Shown in pieces: positions 42,971 to 52,823 of a stretch of 60,964 nt of DNA. The DNA is taken from the NCBI GenBank assembly GCA_045594745.1, contig JAZNZC010000074.1:1-60964 (forward strand), given 5' to 3'. The notes beneath the pieces were generated by a model. The model did no database searches. It was not told the origin of the DNA and was given only the letters and a program-made list of their open reading frames with translations. A program made the translations under genes and the position numbers. Numbering within the stretch: position 1 is the first letter of the stretch; each line of letters starts with the position of its first letter. Source of the DNA: Eubacteriales bacterium (GTDB lineage: Bacteria; Bacillota; Clostridia; Oscillospirales; CAG-272).

Positions 42971-44167
42971 ATGAAAACCATTGGTATTATTTGCGAATGC
43001 AACCCGTTCCACGGGGGGCATCAATATTTAATAGACCGCGCGAGAGAGTGCGGAGCGGAAGCCATCATCTGCGTGATGAGCGGCAATTTTGTGCAACGCG
43101 GAGAGGCTGCGGTGTTGTCTCCACACGCGAGAGCCGAGATCTTGGTCTCGAGCGGAGCGGATGCTGTGGTCGAATTGCCGTTCCCGTATGCGGCATCGAG
43201 CGCGGAGTTTTTTGGCCGCGCAGGTGTGGAGATCCTTTCGCGCCTTGGCGTGGATGAGGTCTGGTTTGGCTCGGAGACGGGGGACTTATCGCTTCTTTCG
43301 CGTTACGCCGAGGTGGCAGATTCGGCAGAGTTCCAAGCGGCGTACGCCGAGGCAACCGAGCGCGAGGGCGGCACGGCGAGTGCTTATTTTGCGCTTCTTT
43401 CCGAACTGTCGGGAGTGGACGCCGCGTGTGCGCCCAATGACATCCTTGCCATCTCGTATCTGCGTGCCATTCGCAAGCTCGGATCGGCTATTCGTCCCGT
43501 CACCGTTAAAAGGCAGGGGAGTGGATACGCCGACAAAGACATCACCGAGGGTAATTTTCCTTCTGCCACCGCCCTGCGACAAGTGTGGGAAGCGCAGGAG
43601 ATCGAAGCCGTTATGCCGTATCTCCCCGACGTTTGCGGAGAGGTCTCGCGGCGCGAGGAAAGGGCAAAACGTGCACCTGCGAGTCTTAAAAACGCGGAGG
43701 GCTTAGTGCTTGGAATGTTGGCTTTGACGCCGCAAAAGGAGCTCGAAAAGTATGCGGGGCTTGGCGGCGGTCTTGCGGGACGCATTTGTGATGCCGCCCC
43801 AAAAGCGGCTACACTCGATGCGTTTTGGGCGCTCTGCGCCACCAAAAAATATCCCGATGCACGCATCCGCCGCGGCGTTCTCTCGGCACTGCTGCGCGTG
43901 ACCGAAGAGGATCTTCGCGCGCCTGTGTCCTATGTCCGCCTGCTCGCGGCAAACGAGGTGGGAAGAACCTTTCTGGCATCGGTGCGTCGGACAAGTGATT
44001 TATGTGTCGTCACGCGGCAGACCGATCTGCCAACCACGCCCGAGGCCCTGCGACAGTTTGAACTCGAAAGCGCATCCGCGGTGCTGTATTCCAAGTGCTT
44101 GCCGCAAGCCATCGCCGCCGACGAACAGCTGCGCCGTCCGCCCGTAATTTTGGGCGAGAAAAAATAA
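42971..44167 (+). CDS. tmcAL: tRNA(Met) cytidine acetate ligase (UPF0348/DUF795 nucleotidyltransferase)
   Basis: 398 aa from MKTIGIICECNPFHGGHQYL, the family-typical N-terminus. Weak RBS. Confidence 0.85.
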   Translation: MKTIGIICECNPFHGGHQYLIDRARECGAEAIICVMSGNFVQRGEAAVLSPHARAEILVSSGADAVVELPFPYAASSAEFFGRAGVEILSRLGVDEVWFGSETGDLSLLSRYAEVADSAEFQAAYAEATEREGGTASAYFALLSELSGVDAACAPNDILAISYLRAIRKLGSAIRPVTVKRQGSGYADKDITEGNFPSATALRQVWEAQEIEAVMPYLPDVCGEVSRREERAKRAPASLKNAEGLVLGMLALTPQKELEKYAGLGGGLAGRICDAAPKAATLDAFWALCATKKYPDARIRRGVLSALLRVTEEDLRAPVSYVRLLAANEVGRTFLASVRRTSDLCVVTRQTDLPTTPEALRQFELESASAVLYSKCLPQAIAADEQLRRPPVILGEKK

Positions 44168-44191
44168 AAATCAAAAAAATTGAAAAAAGAC

Positions 44192-44220
44192 TTGACAATC
44201 GGTCAAAAATCGTGTATAAT
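44192..44220 (+). promoter_or_regulatory. consensus sigmaA promoter of rpsU
   Basis: TTGACA (44192-44197), 17 nt, TATAAT (44215-44220). Confidence 0.6.
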
Positions 44221-44296
44221 TTTCAAGGATAATTTCGCGCAAGGGATATCCGCGCGAACATTTCTTGTATAACCGGTTGAGGGGAGGGATAAGAAA

Positions 44297-44473
44297 ATGG
44301 CAGAAATCAGAGTTAAGGAAGGCGAATCTTTGGATAGCGCTCTTCGTCGCTTTAAGCGTGCAACCGCCCGTTCAGGCATCCTCACCGAGCTTCGCAAGAG
44401 AGAACACTATGAGAAGCCGAGCGTAAAGCGTAAGAAGAAGTCTGAAGCAGCCAGAAAGCGTAAGTATAAGTAA
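44297..44473 (+). CDS. rpsU: 30S ribosomal protein S21
   Basis: 58 aa, so below the ORF-track cutoff: [70 protein letters not shown]. Confidence 0.92.
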   Translation: MAEIRVKEGESLDSALRRFKRATARSGILTELRKREHYEKPSVKRKKKSEAARKRKYK

Positions 44474-44653
44474 TTTATACACCGCTTACAAAATAGGGGC
44501 GGACCGATAGGGCAGCGCCTTTTTTGTGCGTTTTTTGAAAGAAGGACGCGGGGGAACCTTTTTCCCGAAAAAGCCTTCCCCCGCACCCCTTCCAAAAAGC
44601 ACTCGCACGAAAAGAAAAAAGAGGGAATAAATGAAGCTGTTTTTGGGGGGATT

Positions 44654-44860
44654 TTAAGAATAAGGATTTCTCTTGTCTGTCAATCCCAGAATATAATCAG
44701 TTGATGTTTGATAAAGCTTGGCCAATGCAACAAGGTGAGGTAGGGGGAGTTGTCTTTGTCCATTTTCATACTGACAGTATGTGTTCTGTTTTATGTTTAG
44801 ATATTTTGCGACAGCTGTCTGTGTTAAGTTGTGATCTTCTCGTAAATCTTTAATACGCAT
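44654..44860 (-). CDS. small XRE-family HTH transcriptional regulator
   Basis: 68 aa: MRIKDLREDHNLTQTAVAKYLNIKQNTYCQYENG. Confidence 0.85.
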   Translation of the reverse strand: MRIKDLREDHNLTQTAVAKYLNIKQNTYCQYENGQRQLPLPHLVALAKLYQTSTDYILGLTDKRNPYS

Positions 44861-44915
44861 ATCTTTTCTCCTTCAAGTGGTTATAAAAAATAATAACATA
44901 TCTCGCCTTGAGATA

Positions 44916-44944
44916 TTGACTTTTATCTCAAAATGTGATATAAT
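44916..44944 (+). promoter_or_regulatory. promoter of the divergent small gene, overlapped by operator-like inverted repeats
   Basis: TTGACT (44916-44921), 17 nt, TATAAT (44939-44944). Half-sites ATATCTC (44898-44904), GAGATAT (44910-44916) and TATCTCA (44924-44930). Confidence 0.5.
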
Positions 44945-44996
44945 TATTTTTATAAAGGGCATTTTCCTATTAAAAACACAAAAAAGGAGCATTAAA

Positions 44997-45275
44997 ATGA
45001 GAAGTATATTAGAAGAACTATGGTATGGCAATGTTTGTCCGAACGAGGGGTGTCGGGAAGTGACAAAAGAGACAAAGGAACTGATGAAATACATTGCTGA
45101 ACATCACGACAATCTACACGCTACGCTAAGCGAAAAGCAAAAAGAAACACTTGAAAAGTTCGATGATTGCTATTCCGAACTGACGGATATCAACGAGCGA
45201 GATATATTCGTATATGCTTTTCGCTTAGGAGCAAGAATGATGCTTGAGGTAATGACTCCAAAATCAGAGAAATAA
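44997..45275 (+). CDS. small hypothetical protein divergent from the XRE gene
   Basis: 92 aa from MRSILEELWYGN with AAGGAG RBS. Helical and acidic; no motif recognised with certainty. Confidence 0.7.
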   Translation: MRSILEELWYGNVCPNEGCREVTKETKELMKYIAEHHDNLHATLSEKQKETLEKFDDCYSELTDINERDIFVYAFRLGARMMLEVMTPKSEK

Positions 45276-45428
45276 CAGATCTCTCCATAAAGGTAACAAA
45301 AATTATGTTTCAAAGTAGGGGCGACCATCGGTCGTCCGCTCAAGCGGTAATGTGTATTGTTAATTTTTTTCGTTTCCGCTCTCTTATAATTATATACATT
45401 TCTTTATATACAAAATCCCAATAAGCCC

Positions 45429-45457
45429 TTGACAACGCCTCTTTTTTTGTGTATAAT
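45429..45457 (+). promoter_or_regulatory. consensus sigmaA promoter of rny
   Basis: TTGACA (45429-45434), 17 nt, TATAAT (45452-45457). Confidence 0.6.
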
Positions 45458-45536
45458 AAATAGAGTATGATACACTCGGTAAGAGTTTGTTTTTTCATAC
45501 ATCTTGAAAACAAAATAAGAAAAGGGAGGTGTAAGA

Positions 45537-47081
45537 ATGGTACATTTATGGGTTCTGGTTGTCTCTGTAGCGGCCGCGATTGTCGTTGGATGCGGTATCG
45601 GCTTCCTCGTCCGAAAGAACATCGGTGAGAAGAAGATCGGTTCTGCTGAGCAAGAAGCAAAACGCATCGTTGAAGAAGGACACAAGAACGCTGAGGCCCA
45701 AAAGAAAGAGCTTCTCCTTGAGGGTAAGGAAGAAGTGCTTCGCCTGCGTAACGAGACCGAGCGTGATCTCAAAGAGCGTCGCGCTGAAATTTCCCGTCAA
45801 GAGCGCCGTTTGGTGCAAAAGGAAGAAAATCTTGACAAAAAGACCGAAGCATTGGAACGCAAAACAGAACAACTGGACGAAAAGCTGAAGGCAAACGACG
45901 TTGTCAAGGAACAGATTCAAATGGTTCTGACACAACATCTGACCCGTCTCGAAGAAATCTCCGGCTATACCGCCGAGGAAGCCAAGGCTGAGCTTATTTC
46001 GCGTGTGGAATCTGAAGCCAGACACGATATGGCTCAAAAGCTGGACGAGCTCGAGGCACAGTTCAAGGAAGAAGCCGACAGCAAGGCACGCAATCTGTTG
46101 TCCCTGGCAATTCAGAGATGCGCCGCCGATCACGTAACCGAAGCGACCGTTTCCGCTGTGGCATTGCCCAACGAGGAAATGAAAGGCCGCATCATTGGAC
46201 GTGAAGGACGTAACATTCAAAAGCTGGAAACGCTCACGGGCGTCGAGCTTATTATCGACGATACCCCTGAGACCATTGCAATTTCGGGCTTTGACCCCGT
46301 CAGACGTGAAATTGCAAGACTGACACTCGAAAAGCTGATCTCCGACGGTCGAATCCACCCCGCTCGCATTGAAGAAACAGTTGAAAAATCCCGCAAGGAA
46401 GTTGAAAACGTTATCAAGCAGGCAGGTGAGCGTGCAACCTTTGAGGTTCACGTACACGGAATCCACCCCGAATTGATCAAACTGCTCGGTCGCTTGCGCT
46501 ACCGCACGAGCTACGGGCAAAACGTACTGCAGCACTCCATCGAGGTGGCATGGCTGGCAGGTATCATGGCAGACGAACTTGGCGTTGACGGAACCGCCGC
46601 ACGCCGCGCAGGCCTTCTCCACGATATCGGTAAGGCTTTCCCACAGGATATGGAAGGCTCGCACGTAGAGCTGGGTGTTAACGCACTCAAAAAGTATAAG
46701 GAGAGCCCTGAGGTTCTTCACGCAGTCGAGGCGCACCACAATGATGTGGAGCCCCAAACCATCATCGCAGTGCTCGTTCAGGCAGCAGATGCTATCTCTG
46801 CAGCAAGACCCGGCGCACGCCGCGAGGATATGGAAAACTACATTAAGCGCCTGCAAAAGCTCGAGGAAATCGCCGCAAGCTTCCAAGGCGTCGACAAAGC
46901 ATTCGCCATTCAGGCAGGACGTGAGATCCGCGTAATGGTCAAGCCCGAACTCGTTAACGACGAAGGCATGAAGCTCATCGCCCGCGAAATGGCAAAGAAG
47001 ATTGAAGATGAAGTAAAATATCCCGGTCAAATCAAGCTGAATCTGATTCGCGAGACAAGAACCGTTGATTATGCAAAATAA
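45537..47081 (+). CDS. rny: ribonuclease Y
   Basis: 514 aa. N-terminal TM helix, coiled-coil Lys/Glu region, KH domain ([11 protein letters not shown]) and HD domain (LLHDIGKA). Confidence 0.95.
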   Translation: MVHLWVLVVSVAAAIVVGCGIGFLVRKNIGEKKIGSAEQEAKRIVEEGHKNAEAQKKELLLEGKEEVLRLRNETERDLKERRAEISRQERRLVQKEENLDKKTEALERKTEQLDEKLKANDVVKEQIQMVLTQHLTRLEEISGYTAEEAKAELISRVESEARHDMAQKLDELEAQFKEEADSKARNLLSLAIQRCAADHVTEATVSAVALPNEEMKGRIIGREGRNIQKLETLTGVELIIDDTPETIAISGFDPVRREIARLTLEKLISDGRIHPARIEETVEKSRKEVENVIKQAGERATFEVHVHGIHPELIKLLGRLRYRTSYGQNVLQHSIEVAWLAGIMADELGVDGTAARRAGLLHDIGKAFPQDMEGSHVELGVNALKKYKESPEVLHAVEAHHNDVEPQTIIAVLVQAADAISAARPGARREDMENYIKRLQKLEEIAASFQGVDKAFAIQAGREIRVMVKPELVNDEGMKLIAREMAKKIEDEVKYPGQIKLNLIRETRTVDYAK

Positions 47082-47219
47082 TTCCTCTCCGATCCAAAAC
47101 GGATTTTATCATATATTCTAGTGTGATGAAATAACAGCCTAACGGCTTCCGATAAATGCAAACAAAAGGGAAAAACCATTCCGGTTTTTCCCTTTTGTGT
47201 TTGTGGGGGAGGCGTTTTT

Positions 47220-47255
47220 TGTGGGGAAAACTTCTTGCAAGAAGTTTTCCCCACA
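47220..47255. repeat. 36-bp perfect palindrome (GTGGGG..CCCCAC family)
   Basis: TGTGGGGAAAACTTCTTG/CAAGAAGTTTTCCCCACA. Confidence 0.85.
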
Positions 47256-47515
47256 CCCCTTTCAAGAACTTGCACACAACAAATATCTAAATAAACTTGT
47301 TTGTTCACGGACAGACGGATGGCGCGAACGCAAGGTTCGCTTTTGCTGCCGCAAGCGCGTGGGCGCCACCAAGATCCCGCGCGCTAAGAATGTTGTTGAG
47401 ATTTGGTAGGGGATGGCGCCCTCGACATCCCGAACGCGAAAGACAATTACAAACAACAACGGGCGACCGCTGGTCGCCCGTTTCAATTCTTTATATTCGT
47501 GTTTTGAAATTGGTA

Positions 47516-48013
47516 TCAGTTGCATTCTTTGCAGTCGTAAAGGGCGACGGGGTAGCACGCCACAATTGTTTTTTTCTTGTTGTTAAGAATAACAACGTAA
47601 AATTCGTTACCTTCCGAGGCGAGGTCAAAATAGGTCTTTTTGCATACGTATCTGCCGTATACGGAAAAATACAACACGTTGACCGGAAGTCGACGATAAC
47701 GCTCTGCTTCACCTGCAACCTTTCGAGAAACGATGTCCTTCATAATAGAAAATTCGCCACGCGAGATTGAGATGAGCCCAATGACGCCCTTGGCTAAATA
47801 CCACGTAAACAAAAAGAGCAAAACGAATGACAGTACAATAAGCGGAATGCTCAAGCCCCAAAGAGGAGCCAAAACACCAAAAGCGGCTGAAATCATCGGT
47901 GCCAGAAGTATTGTGGCTATAACCAACCAAGCGGAACGAATGAGAACTGTGCCTTTTGCTTTCCTCAAGGCCTCTTGTTGGCATTCTTGACGAGAAAGTA
48001 AAGTTTTGTTCAT
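47516..48013 (-). CDS. hypothetical membrane protein
   Basis: 165 aa from MNKTLLSRQ with AAAGGTGG RBS. Two TM helices and a C-terminal CxxC. Confidence 0.65.
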   Translation of the reverse strand: MNKTLLSRQECQQEALRKAKGTVLIRSAWLVIATILLAPMISAAFGVLAPLWGLSIPLIVLSFVLLFLFTWYLAKGVIGLISISRGEFSIMKDIVSRKVAGEAERYRRLPVNVLYFSVYGRYVCKKTYFDLASEGNEFYVVILNNKKKTIVACYPVALYDCKECN

Positions 48014-48599
48014 GTTGTCACCACCTTTCAATTTATTATAACATAGATAGCAAGCCGTGTCAATAGAAAAATGCAGAATGACAGGATGACTGTTTGGTTT
48101 GCTGCTTTTCGGAGCGCTAAGAATGTCGCATCCCTACGAGGAATCTTTCCCTTGGCTCATCAACAATCTATCATTTTAACAAAATCTTGCGTGTGCTAAA
48201 ATTACACAAGGTAAACAACTTTTGTAGGGGGCGACGTCCTCGATGCCCCGCCAACAAACGAATACCGCAAATAAAAACGGGCGATTCGTGAATCGCGCCG
48301 ACGGTGAATATTAAATTTGCGGTAGGGGACGGCGCCTTCGACGTCCCACAATAACAGAAAAATATCATTGTAGGGCGACCATTGTGTTCGCCCGTACCAA
48401 AGTCAAACAACTTTCTTAGCGGATAGGGTCTTGGCGGGTCTCGCTGCGGCTCGGTCACGCTCGGGCTCTGACACCACACCGTGGTGTCATTCACTCCCCT
48501 CGCGCCGCTTCGCCACCTAGCCGCTCGCGGCAGCCAAAGCCGGTTGTTGGTATATAACTTTTTAGGCGGCGGGAGCAAGCCCCCGCCCTACTGTGTATG

Positions 48600-48974
48600 T
48601 CAAAGTCGCGTATGATGCTTGCGGTCATATATTACAATGTCGATAAACAAGCACACATATAATATCGAATGAATGATAACAAAGGATACCAAAATGGGTT
48701 TATAGCAATTCAAAATAACATTTGCGTTAAGAAATTGAACAACAAGTGTAAAAATCAAATACAACAATGTGACAGCTTGCGCCAAGGTGCTCCAAACGTT
48801 ATATTTCTTTCGACGTGAAAAGAAAAACAACAAGGCAACAAAGGCTGGCAAGAAAATCATATAATTGCTGTTGGCGCGAACGCCATCCTGTCTGCCGATC
48901 ATATTTCCATCGATAAGATGAACGACAAACACCATAATGTAGATTGTCGTTAAAACAATAAAAGCATTTTCCAT
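48600..48974 (-). CDS. hypothetical small membrane protein
   Basis: 124 aa from MENAFIVLTT, about 4 hydrophobic helices. The upstream part of the ORF-track ORF runs through intergenic repeat sequence. Confidence 0.55.
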   Translation of the reverse strand: MENAFIVLTTIYIMVFVVHLIDGNMIGRQDGVRANSNYMIFLPAFVALLFFFSRRKKYNVWSTLAQAVTLLYLIFTLVVQFLNANVILNCYKPILVSFVIIHSILYVCLFIDIVIYDRKHHTRL

Positions 48975-49226
48975 TTTGATAAAAATCCTTTGTGTGACAA
49001 ATTTGCTATAATTTTTTGTGGGACGTCGTCCCCTACCGAGTTCCAACAACTTTCTTAACGAGCAGGGTCTCGGTGGTCCCTGCGAGTTAGCGGTAGCACA
49101 AGCGAGCCTTGCGCTCGCGTCGACCGTCTGTTGGTGCACTGCGGACTTCTTTTGATAGACCCTTGTCAGCAAGTTTTTGCGGGGGTGCAGGGGGCGCTTT
49201 TTTCAAAAAGCACCCCCTGCGTCTCC

Positions 49227-51185
49227 TCACTGATTGATTCTATAACTCTTCACCTGCTGCTTGCACTTAATCATCTCTTTGTGGCCGGGGCAGAGGGGAT
49301 AGAAACCGAGGGAGGCGAGGACGTACCAAGCGGCGGTGGTGCCGTTGTCCTCGTCGCCGGGGAATCCGTCGTTATGCCAAGAGAAGGCCTCGCGGCAGAG
49401 CTTGGTTACCCAATAATCGGTCTTTTCCTGCTCGCCGAGGGCGGCGTAGAGGAAGGGAAGATGGAAGGACGGCTGATTAGAGATGGCGCACTGACCAAAG
49501 TCGGCGGCAGCCATTTCGGTCATCTCGTGGATCTCGTTGCCGTAGCCGAATACGCGATAGCGAGGGGGCGTGGCAAAGAGCTCGTCGAGCTTTTCGATGA
49601 ACTTTTCCTTTCCGCCGTAGAGGTCGGCAAGACCCTCGACATCGTGCGGCACGAACATCGAGTTCTGCCAAGCAGAGCCCTCGGTGTACTCACCGCCCCA
49701 AGTGCAGGGGTCAAAGTTCTCTGCCATCTTGCCGTCTGTATCGCGACCGCGCATAAAGCCGGTTTCGGGGTCGAACAGATTTTTATAATTTTTGGAGCGC
49801 GCCATATATTCGTCAACCAGGTCGTCGCGCCCGAGAACCTTTGCAACGGTGGCAATGCACCAGTCGCCATAGGCGGCGTCAAGCGTGAGGTTGACAGATT
49901 CTCTCTGCTCGTTCCGCGGAACGTAGCCGTATTTGCAGTAGGAAAGCGCGCCGTTGCGACCGTAAATGGGATTTTCGCTCTCGTTGTTGGCGTGATGAAG
50001 CATACCCTCAAGTGCCTTTTCGAGCGTTTTCCTTTTGCCAATTCCGTTGACGGCGGCGCAAGCGATCACGCTGTCGATCAGTGTGCTGGGCATACATCCG
50101 ATCTCGCCCAACCCGAGCCAACGGGGTAGCCAACCCGACTCCTCGTAGTCGCCAACAAAGCCCTCGAGCATCTCGGCAAATTCCGCGCGCGCGGTGAGCG
50201 TAAAGAGGGGATAGACCGTGCGGCTGGTGTCCCAAAATCCGTTATTCGTGTAGCGATAGCCGGGACGAACCTCGCCTGTGGCGGGAACGTAGTGAACGGG
50301 CTTGCCGTCGGCATCCAATTCGTACGCCTTTTGCGGGAAGAGGAACGTGCGCCACAGACAGGAATAAAAGGTTTTCATCTCGTCCTCGGTCTCGGTCGTG
50401 ACCTCAACGCGGTGGAGCATTTCTTCCCATACGTCCTCGCTTTCCGCGCGGATTTCGTCAAAGGAACGAGAACCACATTCGCGCTCGATGGTCGCGAGCG
50501 CCATCTCCTCGCTAATGTAGGAAAAACCAATGCGCGCTTCAACCACGCGACTCTTGAGCGGAATATGCGTGTTTGTGGTGTGTTTTCCGCTTTGAATGAT
50601 CACCTTTTCGTCGTCGACCACGTCGCCCAAAAACTTGACGGCAAGGTAGGACTTGAAATTGACAGCCACACCTGAGCCGGTGGCATCGTTTGTGCCAATG
50701 AGCGTGTGGGTGGCGGCATCGTAGCGGTAGGCATAGTTGCCCGTGACGGGCAGGAACGAGAGAACCGACGCGCGGTCATCGCCAAAGGTCAGACGAATCG
50801 CGCCGCCGCGATCGGTGGGGGTGAGCTCGAAAGTGCAGTTGGAACGCAGGAAGGTCACCTTGAGATAATCGGGACGAAAGACCGACTCGCGCGGACGGTA
50901 TCCCGACCACGCACCGGGCGCGTTGTTGGAGATAACGTCGTTTTGCGGAATCATCAAAAAGGTGGCGTATTCGCCAAGCCAAGGGCTGGGCTGATGCGTC
51001 AGACGGATGCCTTCAGTGCAAGGGTGGTCGGGGTGGAAGAACCAACGACCGCCGCCCGCATCCGATTGCAGGCAGAAAGGCGCCATGCCAAACGGACGCT
51101 GTACCAAGGGCAACGTGTTGCCGTTGGAAAATCGGCAAATCGATGCCGAGCCTTGTTTTATGTTCACATAGGGGATGTATTTCAT
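49227..51185 (-). CDS. glycoside hydrolase family 92 (alpha-mannosidase-like)
   Basis: 652 aa. Motifs RPFGM, THQPSPW, YTEGSAWQ, NQPSFHLPFLY and PGDEDNGTTAAWYV resemble GH92. No signal peptide. Confidence 0.85.
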   Translation of the reverse strand: MKYIPYVNIKQGSASICRFSNGNTLPLVQRPFGMAPFCLQSDAGGGRWFFHPDHPCTEGIRLTHQPSPWLGEYATFLMIPQNDVISNNAPGAWSGYRPRESVFRPDYLKVTFLRSNCTFELTPTDRGGAIRLTFGDDRASVLSFLPVTGNYAYRYDAATHTLIGTNDATGSGVAVNFKSYLAVKFLGDVVDDEKVIIQSGKHTTNTHIPLKSRVVEARIGFSYISEEMALATIERECGSRSFDEIRAESEDVWEEMLHRVEVTTETEDEMKTFYSCLWRTFLFPQKAYELDADGKPVHYVPATGEVRPGYRYTNNGFWDTSRTVYPLFTLTARAEFAEMLEGFVGDYEESGWLPRWLGLGEIGCMPSTLIDSVIACAAVNGIGKRKTLEKALEGMLHHANNESENPIYGRNGALSYCKYGYVPRNEQRESVNLTLDAAYGDWCIATVAKVLGRDDLVDEYMARSKNYKNLFDPETGFMRGRDTDGKMAENFDPCTWGGEYTEGSAWQNSMFVPHDVEGLADLYGGKEKFIEKLDELFATPPRYRVFGYGNEIHEMTEMAAADFGQCAISNQPSFHLPFLYAALGEQEKTDYWVTKLCREAFSWHNDGFPGDEDNGTTAAWYVLASLGFYPLCPGHKEMIKCKQQVKSYRINQ

Positions 51186-51214
51186 AATGAGAGCTCCTTT
51201 GCAAGAGGATGTTT

Positions 51215-52177
51215 TTAATTCAGTGCTGCCGCAACAAAGACAGAAGCAACAGCAATGATGAAGGAAACAATTTGTGCGAAAGTCCAGTAATTCATAATTT
51301 TGTTTTCGTCATCAGTTAGATGATTTTGGTTAAGCATATTTGTGAAAACAACATTGGAAACGATAAGATGAAGTGTGAGAGGAACGATGCCAATGCAGAG
51401 GATGCCATCGAGGAAAATACCAAAGAGAACATTCAAAAACGCATATACTAAATGAACGACAGAGACGACTTTGAAATACTTTTGGATAAATCTCGCACGA
51501 GGATGTCCTGCGGTGACTCTTTGCCCGTCAACGGTGTATTTCCTTTGTACGTTTCTATAATCTGCCGTTGTTTGCCACACGATCAAAACAATGATTCCAA
51601 TAGCGGCGGCAAATGTAAATAGCATAAAGAACAGAGGATTTACAAACCGATACCAATACGGCCTTGCAACAAGTGTAATCTCGCTACCGTCTTCTGCTAT
51701 TTTGTAAACTTGAAATGAATCAAAATAAATATCTCCGGGGGCGGGAGTTCCACTATATTCGTCATCAAAATCACGTTCCCAAAGCACCTCTTCTGTATTC
51801 TTTTTGGCAACAAAGGCGCCGTTTTCTGCATTGTAGATGTAAGCATATTCAGAGCCGTCAATCACCAAATTATTTTCTAAAAGTACAAAATCAACATTTC
51901 CGGAATAGGGTGTGGCAACAGCCCAAAGGAATTCGCCCGAGGCGTTATATGTGTTTACGTGTGCCGCATCGTTGTAGCAAACATAAATCTGTTGTAGATC
52001 GTCTCTTATCAAAACCGCCGAAATATCCTCGTGAGTGAACAGCTCGGGTTGAAGCTCTTCGTAATTCATATCTTCGCTGTTTCGAGGGTGTAACCACATA
52101 CTAATGAAAGAAAGCGCAATACCCAGAAGGAATATTGCTCCGAAAAGGTAGTATAAAATTAAAATCTTTTTTACCAT
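51215..52177 (-). CDS. hypothetical membrane protein (N-terminal TM, extracytoplasmic domain, C-terminal multi-TM)
   Basis: 320 aa from MVKKILILYY with AAAGGA RBS. 29 nt upstream of the GH92 gene. Confidence 0.7.
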   Translation of the reverse strand: MVKKILILYYLFGAIFLLGIALSFISMWLHPRNSEDMNYEELQPELFTHEDISAVLIRDDLQQIYVCYNDAAHVNTYNASGEFLWAVATPYSGNVDFVLLENNLVIDGSEYAYIYNAENGAFVAKKNTEEVLWERDFDDEYSGTPAPGDIYFDSFQVYKIAEDGSEITLVARPYWYRFVNPLFFMLFTFAAAIGIIVLIVWQTTADYRNVQRKYTVDGQRVTAGHPRARFIQKYFKVVSVVHLVYAFLNVLFGIFLDGILCIGIVPLTLHLIVSNVVFTNMLNQNHLTDDENKIMNYWTFAQIVSFIIAVASVFVAAALN

Positions 52178-52326
52178 TTTGAGTCCTTTCTTTGCAAGAA
52201 GATAATCGGTTGCCGGATAAAACCAACCGCACCATAATAGACAGATTTTATATCTCAAAAATCACGGGTGACTGTGAAATTTTGCATTTTTAACATCTCA
52301 GGATCAAAACAAGTAATATTTCTATA

Positions 52327-52420
52327 TGTCATCCTGAGCTTGTCGAAATTTTACCGAGCGGAGAGCGAGGTAAAACTTCGACTACAAAATCGCAGTGCGA
52401 TTTTTTCGCTCAAAATGACA
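52327..52420. repeat. 94-bp miniature copy of the GTCATCCTGAGC-ended element
   Basis: TGTCATCCTGAGC (52327-52339) and degenerate CGCTCAAAATGACA (52407-52420). Contains the AAAATCGCAGTGCGATTTT hairpin also present at about 5868-5888. Confidence 0.6.
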
Positions 52421-52780
52421 GACAGAGGGTTTGTTTTGCTATTATCTTTAGAGGCGGGACGCCGAGGTTCTCGCTGCGGCTCGGTCACGCTCGGGCTCTG
52501 ACACCACACCGTGGTGTCATTCACTCCCCTCGCGCCGCTACGCTACGTCCCCTACAACGCAAAACAACTCTCTTAGCGAGTAGGGTTAGTGGGTCACGCT
52601 GCGGCTCGGTCACGGTGCGGTTCAAACACCACACTGTGGTGTTTTTCATTGCCGCCCCGCCGCTTCGCTACCCTAGCCGCTCGCGAGAGCAAAAGCAAGT
52701 CCTTGTGACTTGCGCCGACTGTCCGTCCGTGTGCTGGGAATTCTCTTTTGATATATTTGTGCGAGAGTTCTTGAAGGGGG

Positions 52781-52817
52781 TGCGGGGGAAAACTTCTTTC
52801 AAGAAGTTTCCCCCGCA
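52781..52817. repeat. GTGGGG..CCCCAC palindrome family, variant copy
   Basis: TGCGGGGGAAAACTTCTTTCAAGAAGTTTCCCCCGCA. Confidence 0.75.
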
Positions 52818-52823
52818 TACACT

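Noticed and set aside
44203-44397. 64-aa minus-strand ORF overlapping rpsU
   Set aside because: The plus strand encodes an unmistakable S21 sequence with a consensus promoter and RBS. The antisense ORF has no RBS and an Arg/Ser-rich junk composition.
48060-48600. Dense repeated hairpins considered as a possible CRISPR array
   Set aside because: The repeats are heterogeneous modules in both orientations with irregular spacing. There is no constant repeat-spacer periodicity and there are no cas genes in the window.
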